Source: Lama guanicoe
Taxonomy: Eukaryota
DNA length: 64,000 nucleotides
Direction: 5' to 3'
NCBI GenBank assembly: GCA_013239625.1
Contig: MU054220.1
Coordinates: forward strand, 7,909,367 to 7,973,366
Shown here piece after piece: positions 37,960 to 51,679 of the stretch. Both the position numbers and the translations under genes were made by a program. Below the pieces are notes generated by a model. It saw nothing but the letters and a program-made list of their open reading frames with translations, had not been told where the DNA came from and ran no database searches. Each line of letters begins with the position of its first letter. Within the stretch, counting starts at the first letter, position 1.

Positions 37960-38480
37960 TAAAAGCAGTAAAATGCCTTGAAGCTTTTAAGTAGACTATT
38001 CATTTGATAAAGTTTTATTTTAGAATAGTGATTATAAATACCTAGAGAAATGGACCATGGAAGAACAAGACTAGAAGCAGGGAATCCAATTAAATGCTGT
38101 TTCCATAATCCAGGTGAGATGATAGTATATGAAGTGGCCTGGGATGGACTGATCAATTGTGCAAAGTGAGGGTGATGGAGAGGAAGTGTTAATTGTGTTG
38201 CTCAGACTAAAATTCTGAAATAGACAAATGGATAGATCATATGGCAATTATTTGAAATTATTATTTTTTTAAAAAGGGGGGACACGTTTAGGAAGGAAAT
38301 GAGTTTATCTCTGGATATGCTGAGTTTAAGATGTGATTGGAAAAATGTAAGGAATGATTTTCAATAGACAGGGTCTGAAGGATAGGAAAATATCAAAGTT
38401 CAAAATTTTAGGGGTATTTAAATACATACAATTACATTCAAATTATATAAGATATTTAATCTAGAAAGAATGAGACTGGA
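37960..38480 (-). mobile_element. L2 LINE fragment
   Basis: ccataatccaggtgagatgat, atgagtttatctctggatatgctgagtttaagatg. Confidence 0.65.
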
Positions 38481-39490
38481 TCAGTATGATGTTCTAAATA
38501 ATTTTACTCTCTCTCCTGCTCCACACACAATGAGATTTGAGAGAGAGAGAGAGAGAGAAAAGGAACATATGAAGAAAAGATACTAGCAATGAGCTACATA
38601 TGTTTAATCTCAGAGTATAAAGAGTATATACAATGTAATCTTCAGGAACATAGACTGAAGAAATGACAATGCCAAAAAACGAGTGAAAATATTGTTGCAT
38701 AATTACAAGTAATTCTAGGAGTCAACATGAAAATTTCTCCCTGAGAAGAGAAAGCCTAGAATTACTGTCTCTGACACTGGAAACATAAATTGTCAATGAA
38801 AATAAATGTTGCTAACAGACTATGATCAGGCATGCCAATTGTGTAGTCATAAATTTAAAAGGAGGCAAATCAGCATCTTTGCTTCTTTCTGCAAATTAGG
38901 TGTCGTTTGGATGTAATCATAGTGGGGATTTTGCCAATTGAGAAACACAGAGGGAGATTGGTAGTGTCTTGATTGTGTTAAGCAAGAAATTATGGTGATG
39001 AACCAAGGAATATAAACTATGTGCAAGAATAAATTGCAGACCTGGGGATGGTGGCAGACACTCAGAAATAATGGTAAAGTCAATGGATTGTGATTCAGGG
39101 AAATAAGGAATTTTTGAAATGTGTGTAAAGTGAGTTGAAATGTTAAAAGGTGGTAGTAAGAATCCACTTTAAATCAAGGTTCTGGATGCCATATATTTTT
39201 CCATAGTTAAAAAAAAAATCTAGGAAAGGACTATGAAATGGAGTGAGTACATGGGATAGAGGAAAATTTATTTCAAATGAGGATGCCAAGGATTTGAAGT
39301 TCCCAATGGCAGGCATTTTCAACCTACCAGGTGTATAAGACCATATATTATGCAACTACTATAAGCAGTAAATAGGAGTATGGCAGGTGTTAAAACTTAA
39401 GTAAATGTTTTATATTGACTACAAAATTTAGAAATAGCTCACAGTAGAGTCAGATGATATGGGTTTCAAAGGAGTTGGGCTTTAAGGGAG

Positions 39491-39737
39491 TGCTCTGGAT
39501 TTAATGCTTGTGTCTCCCCCAAAATGTATTTGCTGAAACCCTAACTCCCCCTGTGATGGTATCTGGAGGGAGTGGGGAGCTTTGGAAGTTTATTAGAGTT
39601 AGATGAGATCATGAGGCTGGTGCCTTCATGATGGGCTGAGTGCCCTAAAAAAGAGGAAGAGACCCTAGAGCTCTCTCTCTCCCTGAATGCACAAAAAAGA
39701 GACCTCATGAGCACACAGTGAGATGGCAGCCATCTGA
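39491..39737 (+). mobile_element. MaLR LTR, 5' part (MLT1A-like)
   Basis: tgcttgtgtctccccc...gctgaaaccctaactccc...gatgagatcatgagg...gagatggcagccatctg. Confidence 0.85.
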
Positions 39738-42700
39738 AAGTATATATTTGTAGAATAGCAAATAGCTTAACTTTACTAGAGAGCTGGTATACATGAAAAG
39801 AAGTAATCGTCAATATGAACATAATAATAAATTGGGACATTATTGAAGGCTTGGATTGTATGCTAATTTTTAGAGACTATTTAAACTATATAGTGGGAAT
39901 CTGAAGACACTTGATTCAGAAAAATTCTGTTTTGATAAGAGCTATATTTTGGGAAGATTAATCTGGAAGAGGTTAATGATATGAATCAGCACAAGGATTG
40001 CTTAGTTATAAAATCACTAAAGGCATTTCTATAACAAATGATGGAAAAGTAAGGAGGATCTTCTGCTTTGCCATAACAAACAGAAAATTCTGTAGCTTCA
40101 ATTTTATAATTATATGATCTTAGTTGGAAATTACTAATCAAATAACTGAAATCTTTAAAACTTCTGGCAAAAATTAAAGATAAAAATTAAACTTGAACTA
40201 ATATTAAATGTTAATGTACTAAATAAATAAAAACTCTTTGAATGTACTACTCAATTCAACTTTTTCCCCACAGTTCTCTCCCTCTCTCCCTGAACTTCCT
40301 GTAGGGTTATAGCATGTGATAAATACCACTTTGCTTGTATTCTATAAGGAAAGAGGCAGCAGAAAGAATAATAATGCACTACTCAATATACCTCTTTCCT
40401 TTCATCATTTCATCTTTACACTTGCTTAAACAACTTTAACAAAGCAGACATAATATAACTAAAAAGCATGTTTTGCAAGGGCAGCTAACGATCTTTCCAA
40501 TCAAATTTGGTCATGAGAAGACACACCTAGCCACACCTATATGGACCCACCAACTTCAAAAATTCTATTAAAACTTCCATTTTTAATTAAATGAATTGTT
40601 AACATACAAGAAATGAAGTATTTCTACATTATTGACAAATCACAAATTGGTATCTGTGAGATGCCGATGATTCATGGCATCAATTGTTTAATACAATTTG
40701 TTCTATTATATTTTAGGTAACTCAGCATCTTCAAAGAATATACTGACCTCAAAAACATATAATCATCTCCAAAATCTTCCAAAGTTAAAAAATAATAACA
40801 GCTTGTAAAGTAAGTGCAAGTCAAGTCACTCTTCCTGAAGGAAGATAAAACCCACCACAGCTCAGCAGAACTGACTCTTTCTTTCTCTCATTAGTAAGAA
40901 CGCTTTTATCTTTGGTCCATTTATTATCCAAAAACTTTTTCAAGATCATTCCTATAGTTCAAGCAATTTTTGTAGTGGAAATTAGTCACAGGAAGCTTAA
41001 CCCTACCTTTAAAATAACCCTGACAAACATAAATTAATTTGCTTTGTAATACTCCATTATTAAATAAGCATAGCGTGTAACAGAAGAACTCGCAGAATTT
41101 GTAGAAAAACAAATAAAGTAGCAGAATCCCGCCTGATAATTGAACTATATGCACTCATCTACTTTTTCATTCCCTTTTTCATTTGGGGTGAAAGTAGCAT
41201 GACACTCACTGTGTCTTATCATTTCTGTGGTTAAACATGTAATTTGGAAGTAAGAACACATAGTAGATATGCCCAAACAAAACCCTCCTTCTATATGTCG
41301 AGGGGGTAATTAAGCATATGCTGCAGGCAATTCCGAAAGCCCAAAAGAAGGGTTTTCTTTCCAGTAATCTAAACTTGTCAGATATATTTTTAAATAAAAT
41401 GTTTCCCTGCTTCCCTTGTTCTGGAATTCAGAAAGTTGTTTGCATATATTAAGTCTAAATATCTAAATGTGTTGAAAATGATGTTTGCAGTATCTAAAAA
41501 TATTTGTTTTTAAGGCAAGCAGCATACATATTTAAACAAATCAGTTACTCATGCTTTTTTTTTTTAAGGTCTGGTTCTAGATACAAAACCTAAATTAGTC
41601 TCTTTTTGAAGCAACAACCTTCAGCTGGAGCAGGGTCTTGTATGAATGCCCTGAATGTCAGGACTCTTTGGTTTTAATAACGAAGCCTAGGGTTTTTGTC
41701 TATTTTGTGAACTACTTTGTAACCTTTCATAAGAGTAATCCTTAAACTTTTTTCACCCTACCAAGATATTTGATGGTGCCAATATTTGGGGAATGCATTA
41801 TACACCCAGTTATCTGGAGGTAAGATTGCTTGGAAAACCAGCTAGTCAACTAAGACCCAATCTCTTCGGAGATTCACCAGCCAACTGATCATCTTTTTCT
41901 TTTTCTACCAAAACCCACATGCCTTATTCTAGAAGAGATCCCTGACTCTCACTCTAAACTTAATGGCCCTGTCGTAATAATCTAAGTGCACATGTTTTGA
42001 AATATTCTCTTCCATAGCAAATTTAAGAAAATAAGTTAGAAGCACTAGCAGAGAGCTACACTGAGTACTACAGACCCATGCACGGGAGATAAAATGGGTG
42101 ACGTCTTGATCAGAGGTACAAAAAGTGAAGACATTACAAGGAGGGTATTTGGTACCGCCGCAGGTGCTTACTCATGCTCACCACCTCCCACAGGATCACT
42201 ACATAATACTCAGTTCAGTCACTCATGTTCTCATAACCATGAGTCGTTAAGAAATAAGCTCAATTAGGTTCCATATATTACGCTTAATGAGGCATGGCAG
42301 TGTGTCAAATATTAGATTACTATCTCTCAGGGGGAAGATAGTCTATTCTTTGAAGTTTCATGGCTTAACTGTGTCTTTAGGGAACTGTTGCACAGGTGAA
42401 AATTCATCTCCCAAGGATGGAGAAGTAAAGTAGTATGTGTGGGGTGAATATGCCATTTATTCAACACTGAAGTAGGAATAAATTATCACTCATCACACTA
42501 ACAATCTGCCAATATTTGCATTTTTAAAGCTGCTTGTATACACTGATTTCACTTGATGACTCTGAAGTGTATGTATGTTCAGATTTTACCCAAAGGGAAA
42601 CTGAAGATCAAAGGGATGAAGGGAATCACAGTGAGTCACAGAGCTAATAAACCGCAGAACGTGACCATAGACATAAGTGTCATAAAACTAAATTTGTTAG

Positions 42701-43074
42701 TTTCCTTCAAAACCTGCCACGTCCCATTTTTTTTCCAGACCCTGTCAGTATGTATATCCGTCACATTACAGACTAGATAAAATCCAACAGTTAAATGAAA
42801 GTCACAGCTTACTTCAGTAAATCACACTATTCCTTTGAATTCTAAGATGAAATTGAAAATATTTTCCCATGGGACAAACAACTTGCATTATTTTGAGTTT
42901 TCAAATTTTGTTAGAGAAGCTTAGCCTTTATTTAAAAGTCACAGCCCTCCGGCTCCTGTAGTACATGGGGGGCTTTTTGCCGACTTCTAGGAATATAAAA
43001 AAATGATATACCTCCTGCTGTGAGCAAATGGCTCCAACATCATCGCACGTTCCTGCAGGGAGAGCTGGAGAGGC

Positions 43075-43385
43075 AAGGTAAGGGGTTAAGACTATCCTAG
43101 AACCAGACTGTACAGTGCAAATCCAGGCCTGTCACTTCCTTACATTTGTGATCTTGAGCAAATTACTTCTTCACTCATCGACTCCTATTTTCTTCTGCGA
43201 AAGGGGGTAATAATGTTACCTCATAGTTTGTGGTGAAGAATAACTGAATGTAAGCTCATTTACATAAGGTTAAGAGCTTTGTATAAAATGTACTTTTTAG
43301 GCTTCACAACAACCTTGATATAAGTGCTTTTAATCTCCTTATTTTAGAGATGAGATCACTGAGGCTTAGAAATTTAATTAACACA
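43075..43385. mobile_element. Two MIR SINEs in opposite orientation
   Basis: ttgtgatcttgagcaaattactt (+) and attttagagatgagatcactgaggcttaga (-). Confidence 0.7.
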
Positions 43386-43875
43386 AAGTATTAATTGCCA
43401 CTGATGAGCACCTATTATACTTCAGCGTCTTTCACAGATTACAGCAAGACCTTACGGCAACAGTATAACATAAATGCCTATGTTTGCATGAGAATACTGA
43501 GGCTTTCATAGCTTAAGAAAGGTGCTTACAGTTATTCAGATATACATTTGTAGATCTTTGAAATGAATGCCCTATTAGGCAATAGTTAGTCAGTGAATGA
43601 AGTAATACTGCTCAATCTGGAAAAATAATCCAAAAGAATGGTTCCCAAAAAAGGGCAAACAGGAGGGTCTTTATCTCTATGCCACACACTGCCGTATTTC
43701 ACTGTAGGTGGCTACAGACGTAAAATATATGCACAACCTTTCAGTGTCAGTGTAATACGTCTTTTTCCACAAAGGAAAGGTAGTACATTAATTGTTGAGA
43801 ATTAGCTGCTACTAGAATTCTATATACAACACTTCTCATTTATTAGATCATGCTAAAGGCAATTGCATCTAGAAA

Positions 43876-43894
43876 TGTGTGTGTGTGTGTGTGT
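43876..43894. repeat. (TG)n microsatellite
   Basis: About 9 units. Confidence 0.9.
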
Positions 43895-44589
43895 AAGATT
43901 CAAGGTTAAGTGATAATGAATTGCTTATTAAGGAAAAGCTCTTTCGTGTGACATTAACAGCTTTAATTAAAACTGGAACTTTCTTTAAAATAATGGAAAT
44001 TTCAGATTCTTTAACCACTTTTTTTTTTTTGGCAAGAATTCACATCTAGAATGGAGGAGGAGGATTGTCTGAGAATTTAGTGATGGAAGGTCCTTGCAAA
44101 ACACATTAGGTAAATTAAGAAAGGAGCTGTAGGCTTAACACAATGATTCTTGTGTGTCTAGACTCAAGTTGTCTAGGATAGGTGCTTGAATATATTTGAA
44201 CTTTTCTGTTTTATTTTATTTTGTCCTTACATTTTTCAAGGCACCATCTTTACGTTCTGAATGCCTTGATTATCACTAGCTCTATGGCAAAATTTCACCC
44301 TTAAAATAGAAGTCATATAAATAAAGTCAGGTTTAATTAACAAATGCATATCTTTTCTGCAGAGCAAATAAGTCATGCACCGTAAATTATTCACAAAGGG
44401 CTTTAGAAAGTCATGAAACTTAATCATTATGTTTGTATTTGTGTATGTGTGTGTTTGTATGCGTATAAATCTTCGTTTCTCTAACTGACTAAAGCTCTGA
44501 AGGTTAAAATACTGTCAGTGTTTTTTTATTTGCAAGACAATTTATTAGGAATACTGGAATATATTAAGCACAAACACTGCTGATTTTAT

Positions 44590-44820
44590 TCTCGTAGTGT
44601 TTGGCTCATTGCAGTCAGACACTCTGGGCTTGAATCTTGACTTCAACACTTGCTAGCTGAGAAATTTTTGTATTCACAAATTGCTTCATCTTCCCAAAAT
44701 ATTCAATGAAGTCAAGAGTATTACTACATCATAGGGTGGTTGTTATAATTTAGATAATTAATGTGTGTAAACCGCTTAGAATATTGTAATGTAATACGTG
44801 TGCAAATGTAAATCACTGTC
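44590..44820 (+). mobile_element. MIR SINE
   Basis: gcagtcagacactctgggcttgaatcttgacttcaacacttgctagctg...catagggtggttgt. Confidence 0.75.
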
Positions 44821-44999
44821 ATTATTTTATTTTTATTGGTACTTGGCATTATTTTCCTGGACTTTGCTAAACTGTATCTGAATAGACCCTAGTAGATTCT
44901 CTTAATGTTACTCTGTAATTCTTCTACTTAGTGTCTAAAGCATCTCATGGACTTATACATTTATAACATATTTGTTGTGTAAATTTTGGAAATAGATTC

Positions 45000-45330
45000 A
45001 TCCATAAGCAAGAGAAAAATGCAGTCTCATCAGCCAAACTTCCCACTAACTGAATTTGGTGATTCTGTGGGCTTCTTTTCAGTTATGCCTTTCATGAATG
45101 TTTTATATATTTTAAGTAATTATACACACAAACTTTAATATTATAATATCTACTTAGCATTTTGTTAAAAAGCATTTGGGTGTATCATCACAATATTTTT
45201 TTAAAAACATTTTAATGAGTGCATACTATTCCATCTGGTGAATAAAGCATCATTTGATTAATCATATTCCTACTGTTGGTCATTTAGTCTGTTTCCAATT
45301 TTATCATTGTAAGTAACCTTGTGTTATGAA
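45000..45330 (-). mobile_element. L1ME-like fragment
   Basis: tactattccat...ttcctactgttggtcatttagtctgtttccaatt. Confidence 0.6.
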
Positions 45331-45344
45331 TTTGTTAAATAAAT

Positions 45345-45760
45345 ATTTGTTAGTAGAGCCTGGGGTATTAAGCCATGGTTCATCGAAAGACCACAGGAGA
45401 AAAACTGAAATAGAAAGATGTATTAGTCACTGGGCCTGGAAGAAGTACTAAGCATGCCTTCACAGCAACACAGTGGGGTCAAGGCAGGGTTTAGGCAGAC
45501 AGAGAGCCAGCACCTGGGGCACAGGTCTTCATTAGGGTCCATGGGTATAGTGCTTTGGGTTTCTGAGCTAAGGCCAGGAATAAAAGAGTAGGGTTTGGTA
45601 AGCCCCAAGAGGGTTTATAAAAGTGGCACCCAAGGGGAAGGGCCAGGGAGGTGGGGGAAACCGTTTACCACAGGGGCAGTTGGGGAAGCCATATCACAAA
45701 CTAATACTTGCTTGTGACTCTGTGGGCTGTCATCTAAAACGCACACCTACAGGAAGGGCT
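45345..45760. mobile_element. Probable old ERV LTR fragment, family unresolved
   Basis: Abrupt GC-richer block with ttcattagggtccatggg...gtgctttggg, LTR-like composition only. Confidence 0.4.
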
Positions 45761-46299
45761 GGTGTCAATTGAAGGCTCCCTGAAGGTTGCTTGGCCAAAC
45801 GGAATAGATACCAAGGAAGCAACCTCATGGAGTTGCTTACTAAACTCTCGACACCCTAACCATGGTATTAGATTTGTTTTGTTGTCTTGCATTTTCATTA
45901 TGACAGATTTCTGAAAGATTTTTAGGACAACTGCTATAAATACACTGAGGCTCTCACACTGTTTTCCAGGTAAAATTGAACCCAATTTCAATACTACAAA
46001 TACAATCTCACTGATTCTTCCCATTTTTACCTCTTAGAAAATGGTTATAATCTAAATAAAATGGTAGATTACCCTTTTTTATTTTTATGAAAATTACACA
46101 AGCATATGCTAAAATATAAATATATTGTATAAAGAAAAGGTATATAAATATTCAATAAAAAGTGTCTTCTCAATCTTCATTTGGGAATATTGCCAATCTT
46201 TCTCCACCTTTCTTTTCCCCATTCCCTTGTCCTGCTGCCAAGCCAGTTCTGGACAGAGAACTGGCAATAGATAACTTGCTTCATCGCATATCACTGCTG

Positions 46300-46540
46300 T
46301 CAACTAAAAAGTACTGGACGCCAACCCTGTGCCACTCCAATGCAAGGTGCTTGACATGTGTTATCTCCCCTTATGCACAACAACTCAAGGAGTTGGCTGT
46401 TATCCTCCTCACTGTACAAGAAAGCCATCACCACCACCACCACCACCACTGAAACTAAATTGCTTGTCCATCATCACACAGTTGGAAACCACAGGACTTA
46501 ATTTCATAACTTGGCCGGCCTAGCTCCCAAGGCCATGCTA
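46300..46540 (-). mobile_element. MIR SINE containing a (CAC)n expansion at 46426-46449
   Basis: tgcttgacatgtgttatctc...cttgtccatcatcacacag. Confidence 0.6.
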
Positions 46541-46689
46541 GGTGGAGAAAGCCATCATCACTTTTCAAACTCACTAATTTTTTCAAATAAAAACGTTACC
46601 AATTAACTTGAACTTGGATTTATTTACTTACTCTTATGCTTAATAACCATGTATATTTCCTCTTGCTTCTAGTAAATTTTCCACAACAG

Positions 46690-47000
46690 CATTATTGAAA
46701 CACAATTCTCATAGAGTAAGTGGCTGCTATGTAATTCCAGAAAAATGTCACAGCCACAAAAAAGAAGAAATCTTCTTTTCAACTCATTAGCAGTCAGTCC
46801 CCATCCCCCCCTTGCATTCAGCCTCTGGTAACCACTCATCTTCTGTCTATTTCTATGTGCTATTTCTCTATTCTGGACATTTGATACAAACGGGATCATA
46901 AGATATATGGCCTTTTGCATCTGGCTTCTTTCACGTAACATATAATATCTTCAAGTTCATCTCTGTTGTACCAAGCATCAGTACTCCAATCGTGATTATG
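46690..47000 (-). mobile_element. L1MB-like 3' UTR
   Basis: cagcctctggtaaccactcatc...ctattctggacattt...ggccttttgcatctggcttctttcac. Confidence 0.85.
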
Positions 47001-47049
47001 ATAAATCAAAATTTTAAAAAGATCAGGCAACTCTGATGTAACACTCAGT

Positions 47050-47320
47050 TTTCTAGCATTTTCCTTAGGAAGTTTGTTCTACTAAGATATTAATTGTTGA
47101 AAAGGCTGGGAGTAAAATATGTTAGGAAATCCCTTGGTTAAACAAAGTTAAATTTGTCTCTGTGAAAATTCTCAGAATCTTGATAATACTCATGTGCTGT
47201 GTACATCTCCAAGAGGATGAAGCTGTATGCAGCATTTCCTAAATATATTTGATTACAGAACTTTTTGAGGGAGGTGGAATGTCTGGTAGTACCAGTGACC
47301 TGCAAACATAATTTTGGATA
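47050..47320. mobile_element. hAT-Charlie DNA transposon fragment (Charlie4-like)
   Basis: ggttaaacaaagttaaa...ttctcagaatc...atctccaagagg...gtatgcagcatttcctaaa. Confidence 0.55.
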
Positions 47321-47354
47321 GAATGAATGAAAAGGACATTATCTTTAGTAAAAC

Positions 47355-47545
47355 AGTCCTGGAATTGCTGCCAATTCCTCTGCATATTAGTTGTGAAACT
47401 TTGGACAAGTTGCTAAAACTTTGAGAAAATCTTTCATCCTCTGAAAAGCAGAGATAATGAATCCTATTTAATAAAAATAAAATGTAGAATAAATTGATAA
47501 GTTATGTGAAGCCAGGTAACAAAATGCCTGTTATAGATTTTAAAT
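47355..47545 (+). mobile_element. MIR SINE
   Basis: tagttgtgaaactttggacaagttgctaaa...catcctctgaaaagcagagataat. Confidence 0.6.
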
Positions 47546-47974
47546 TCACTTATTTTGTGAAATCTGAAATTAATCAGTGAATAACAAAAACAACAAATGA
47601 TTTTGATCTGAAGAGTAATTCAATAAATTTAGAAAATTTATAAGAATCTAATTAATAATTAGTCCTGAATTCACTAAGAATTTATAATTTTAGAAAATAT
47701 GTCTACATTTACCCAGAGATAGATTTCTGCACCGTCATACCTTTGTAATTCAAACAACAATGTGGATATACTACAGAAACTCTTAAAATATAATAATGAC
47801 AGTCCTGATGACTGGGTATTGTTTCAATGACAGGGCTGTATTTAGGGACAGTAATTAGAAGTGGGCTAAAAGCATTTCCGGTATATGTAATCAGCATTGC
47901 ACTTCACAAATATTTCCAACAGTCCTTTGCTTTCTGAGTCAGAATTATACCTACATTAAGTTTTTGATTTATCA

Positions 47975-48540
47975 TTTTTAATTGTTTCAAGGACACCTAA
48001 GATGAGATCTAACCTAACAAATTTAAGTGTATAAGGCAGAGCAGTTAACTACAAGCACGGCGTTGAGCATCAGACCTCTAGAACATATTCGCCTTACATA
48101 ACTGATACTTTGTTGAACAGCAACATCCCATGTCCCCTGCACCAGCCGCTGGCAAGTGCCATTCTACTATAATCCTCTATGAGTTTGACTATTTTAGATA
48201 ACTTACGTAAGTGGAATTATGCAATATCTGTGCTCTGTGACTGGCTTATCCCACTTAGCGTCTCACGGTTCATCCACATGGTCACGTGTGGCAGAATATC
48301 CCCCTTTTTTTGGCTGAATAATATCCCAATGTATGTATACAGTATATTTTCTTTGCCATCTATCAATGGATATTTAGACTGTTTTCACATCTTGTCTATT
48401 GTGAATAATGCTGCAATGAACCTAAGGGTCCAAATATCTCTTCTAGGTTTTCATTTAAGTTCTTTTGGATAAATATTCCCATGGGAATACTATATCACAC
48501 CATAGTTCTATTTTTAATTTTTTGAGAAACCTTCATACTC
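47975..48540 (-). mobile_element. L1MA9/10-like 3' end
   Basis: agacctctagaacatattc...tgagtttgactattttagata...ttttttgagaaaccttcatact. Confidence 0.85.
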
Positions 48541-49899
48541 TTAGGAATTCTTAATGACATAGTTCCACTCCACTTTATGGACACTATTGCTGACAAAAGA
48601 TTAAAAAAACTTAGATATTCATTGGTGCTATTCACATTAAAATGTGAAAATTTGGAGAAATTAGAAAAAAATAGAAAACTATTATCTTCCTTGTGGAACC
48701 AGCAACCATACATACTTCAGCAGTTATCATTTTCAGTGTACTGTTAAATAAAGCCAGGGGTTACTATTATAGTATAGAATAATTTCCAGCTGACAGTTTA
48801 ACTACATGGTCCTCATGCTTAGGCCATACGTGGTAAAAATTGGAAAAATGAACATATCTTTCTAGAAAATTTAAAGTGCCACACATCTTAAATTCATCAT
48901 AAAAAATAAACTCAAACTCACCCTAAGTTCAGGAAGGACTAAAAAATGAACGTATTTATTATGAAATATGTTTTCAATAAGCGAGTAAAAATATTTCATT
49001 TGGCAACAATGCATTTGTTAAATACATTAGTGTTCAGCATACAACATTCTACGCAGTCATCTAAATATGCATAAATGTAAGAGCCAGATGGATTGTGCTA
49101 ATGCCAGAATTGCAAAACATTATCTCAACCAGAAGCACTCTATAATAACTAGATTAATCATTAATAGCGTTGGTGTTCATCAAAATATCATTAATCCTTA
49201 TAAATTAAACTGTTATTAATGCACATTAATGAAATACGGATTTACAGAGAAAAACTCTGTAATCATTGCCTTTACTGCTTTTCTCTGTATCTAGCAGTCA
49301 TTTTAAAGAGAGGATTGTAACAATCTTTCAGGGTCCTTAAAACAGGCACACTTCAAATCAGACTATACACTATATTTTAATTCCTGACCCTTTTCTCTGT
49401 AGTGCAATTTACCTCTGAAAGAGTATGCCTTTGGCATCTTTGTCTCACAAAGCCCTAAATTCATCTTTATTCCAAGTGACACTTCTGTTGATTTGCAGAT
49501 GAGGCAAATCCCATGATATTCAGTTACAGCAGGACACACCACCTTCCTTATAGATCTTCTGATTCCCATTTTTCCTATTTTTACACAATGCATTTTACAT
49601 TTTTTTAATTGAAGCATCACATACACAAAGAAAAGAACACAATTTTAAGCCCACAGATCCATGAATATTATCACCGACTTAAACAGACTCATGTAAATAC
49701 CTCCAAAGGCAAGAAAAAGACCATTGCCAACTCCTGAGAAGATACACAAGCCTCTTCCTAATATGTGGAAAATAAAACAACCTACCTTTCAAATATAATC
49801 GTAGTGTAAATATCATGAGTTTGAAATACTGAAAGATTTATTAAACAGAGCATTAAAAATTTAAAATTCAGGCATTAAAAGTACAAATTTCTGCTAATT

Positions 49900-51370
49900 A
49901 AAATTCACAAAGGCACTTGCATTTTCTTGCCCTGACAGCTGAGAGGGCACAGAAACAACTACATCCTGGTGGCAATGAGTACCACCAGTGCCCGGATTTT
50001 GGTTTTTAAAAGGAAACATGGTTCTTTGGAGAAGTAGCTAATTCTAGGGCTGGGATAGGAAACATACAAGATAAGCCTGGGGCATATTTTAGCACCAAAA
50101 AAAAAAAAATAAGAAAAAGGAAAACTCAAACAAGGAAAATGAACAAAAATGCACAACCAAGAGACTATGTCAAAATTGGCACAGGAGCCAACTGAATGAA
50201 TTCTCAGTGCCCAGAGCTGGAAAATTTTAAGCAACAAAATAAATAATGTTGCATTGGATGATTATCCAAAGTTTAAATTAATATTCATGAGGCTATACAG
50301 ACATACATAAATGATTAAATGCATAAAGAACTAAATGGGGTATCTTGGTTTATTCAGGCTGCTATAACAAAATATCATAAACTAGGCAGCACATAAATAA
50401 CAAACATTTGTTTCTTACAGTTCTGGAGGCTGGGAAGTCCGGGATAATGGCGCCAGCAACGTCCGGCTAGCACTTCCTGGTTTATAGACAGCTCGCTTCT
50501 CACTGTGTCCAAACATGGCAGAAGGGGCCAGGGAGCTCTGCGTGGTCTCTTTAACAATTCATGAGGGCTCCACTCTTATGACCTAAGCCCGTCCTAAGGT
50601 CATCACCTCCTATCACCATCACACTGAGCATTAAGATGTCAACATATGAATTCTGGGGAGACACAAACATTCAGACAATAACATGGCGGCAGACAAGACA
50701 CATCTCTTGTGGAGGAGAATTTCAAGACATTTATACAGATACTCTTCTCCCAAGGATTTTGAGCATAACTCCCCACTCTGAATGTGTGCTGCTGATAGTG
50801 ACTATCTTCTAAAGGGTAGAGTATGGAAAGACAGGGAAAAGAATGACTCTACAATGCAGAAACCTAAGAAACACTCCCCCAGCCGGATGGTAAGTGTCCA
50901 CGTCACGTTGATAGTAAATACTCTTGATACAACGTCATGAAAATGGGACTTCATGATCTTCCTCCAAAAAACACACAGTCCCAGACTAACCATTAGAAAA
51001 ACGCCAGAGAAATCTCAATTGAGAGATATTCTACAAAATACTGACCAGTATTCCTCAAAACTGTTAAGGTCATCTGAAATCTAGGTCTGAGAAACAGCAC
51101 AGTCAAGAGAAGCCTAAGCAAACATGACAGCTACGTGCACTATGGGATCCTGGAACAGGAAAAGGACTTTAGGTAAAAACTAAGGAAATATGAATAACAT
51201 ATGGAGTTTGATTAATGATTATGTATCAACATCAGTTCATTAGCGGTGACAAAAGTACCCTACTAATGTAAGAGTCCAACAATGGGGAGAACAGGGTGCT
51301 GGGTGTATAGAAGTTCTCCTTGCAACATCTCTGTTTATCTAAAACTTTTCTAAAATAAAAAGCTTACTGA
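49900..51370 (+). mobile_element. L1MC-like 3' UTR, interrupted by an MLT1
   Basis: ttctttggagaagtagctaattctagggctggg, gagcataactccccactc, atgggatcctggaacaggaaaaggac...ttttctaaaataaaa. Confidence 0.85.
50340..50683 (-). mobile_element. MaLR solo LTR (MLT1A-like) nested in L1MC
   Basis: tatcttggtttattcaggctgctataacaaaatatcataaact...ttctggggagacacaaacattcagacaataaca. Confidence 0.9.
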
Positions 51371-51679
51371 AAATATTACAAGAAAGTAAGAGGTCCAGCC
51401 ACTGAATGTGAAGATATTAAAATACACATAATGAAGGCCTTGTATTCAGAATATATAATGTAAAAGAAATTTTTTAAGTATGTTTTTTGATGTGTAAAGT
51501 TTAAGATACAGTTTGGATTTATTTTAGAACGCTGGTAGTTTAGGATATATTTTTAGGATATAGTTTGATGACAAAGGCATGGAATCATTTAATGCTACAA
51601 ACAAGATTAAGAGCATTTTAATCACTCTCATGTCCCCTTGCAATCAACCTCATTCACCATCCCAACCATTCCTTGATTT

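Noticed and set aside
40717..40815. Plus-strand exon candidate (ttttag|GTAACTC...AAA|gtaagt)
   Set aside because: All frames hit a stop and the peptide has no recognisable homology.
46162..46452. ORF ending in poly-His (resembling a His tag or vector)
   Set aside because: Natural (CAC)n microsatellite inside a MIR; no vector sequence nearby.
47709..47897. Minus-strand ORF with an AAG|gtatga donor
   Set aside because: Weak acceptors and no recognisable protein similarity.
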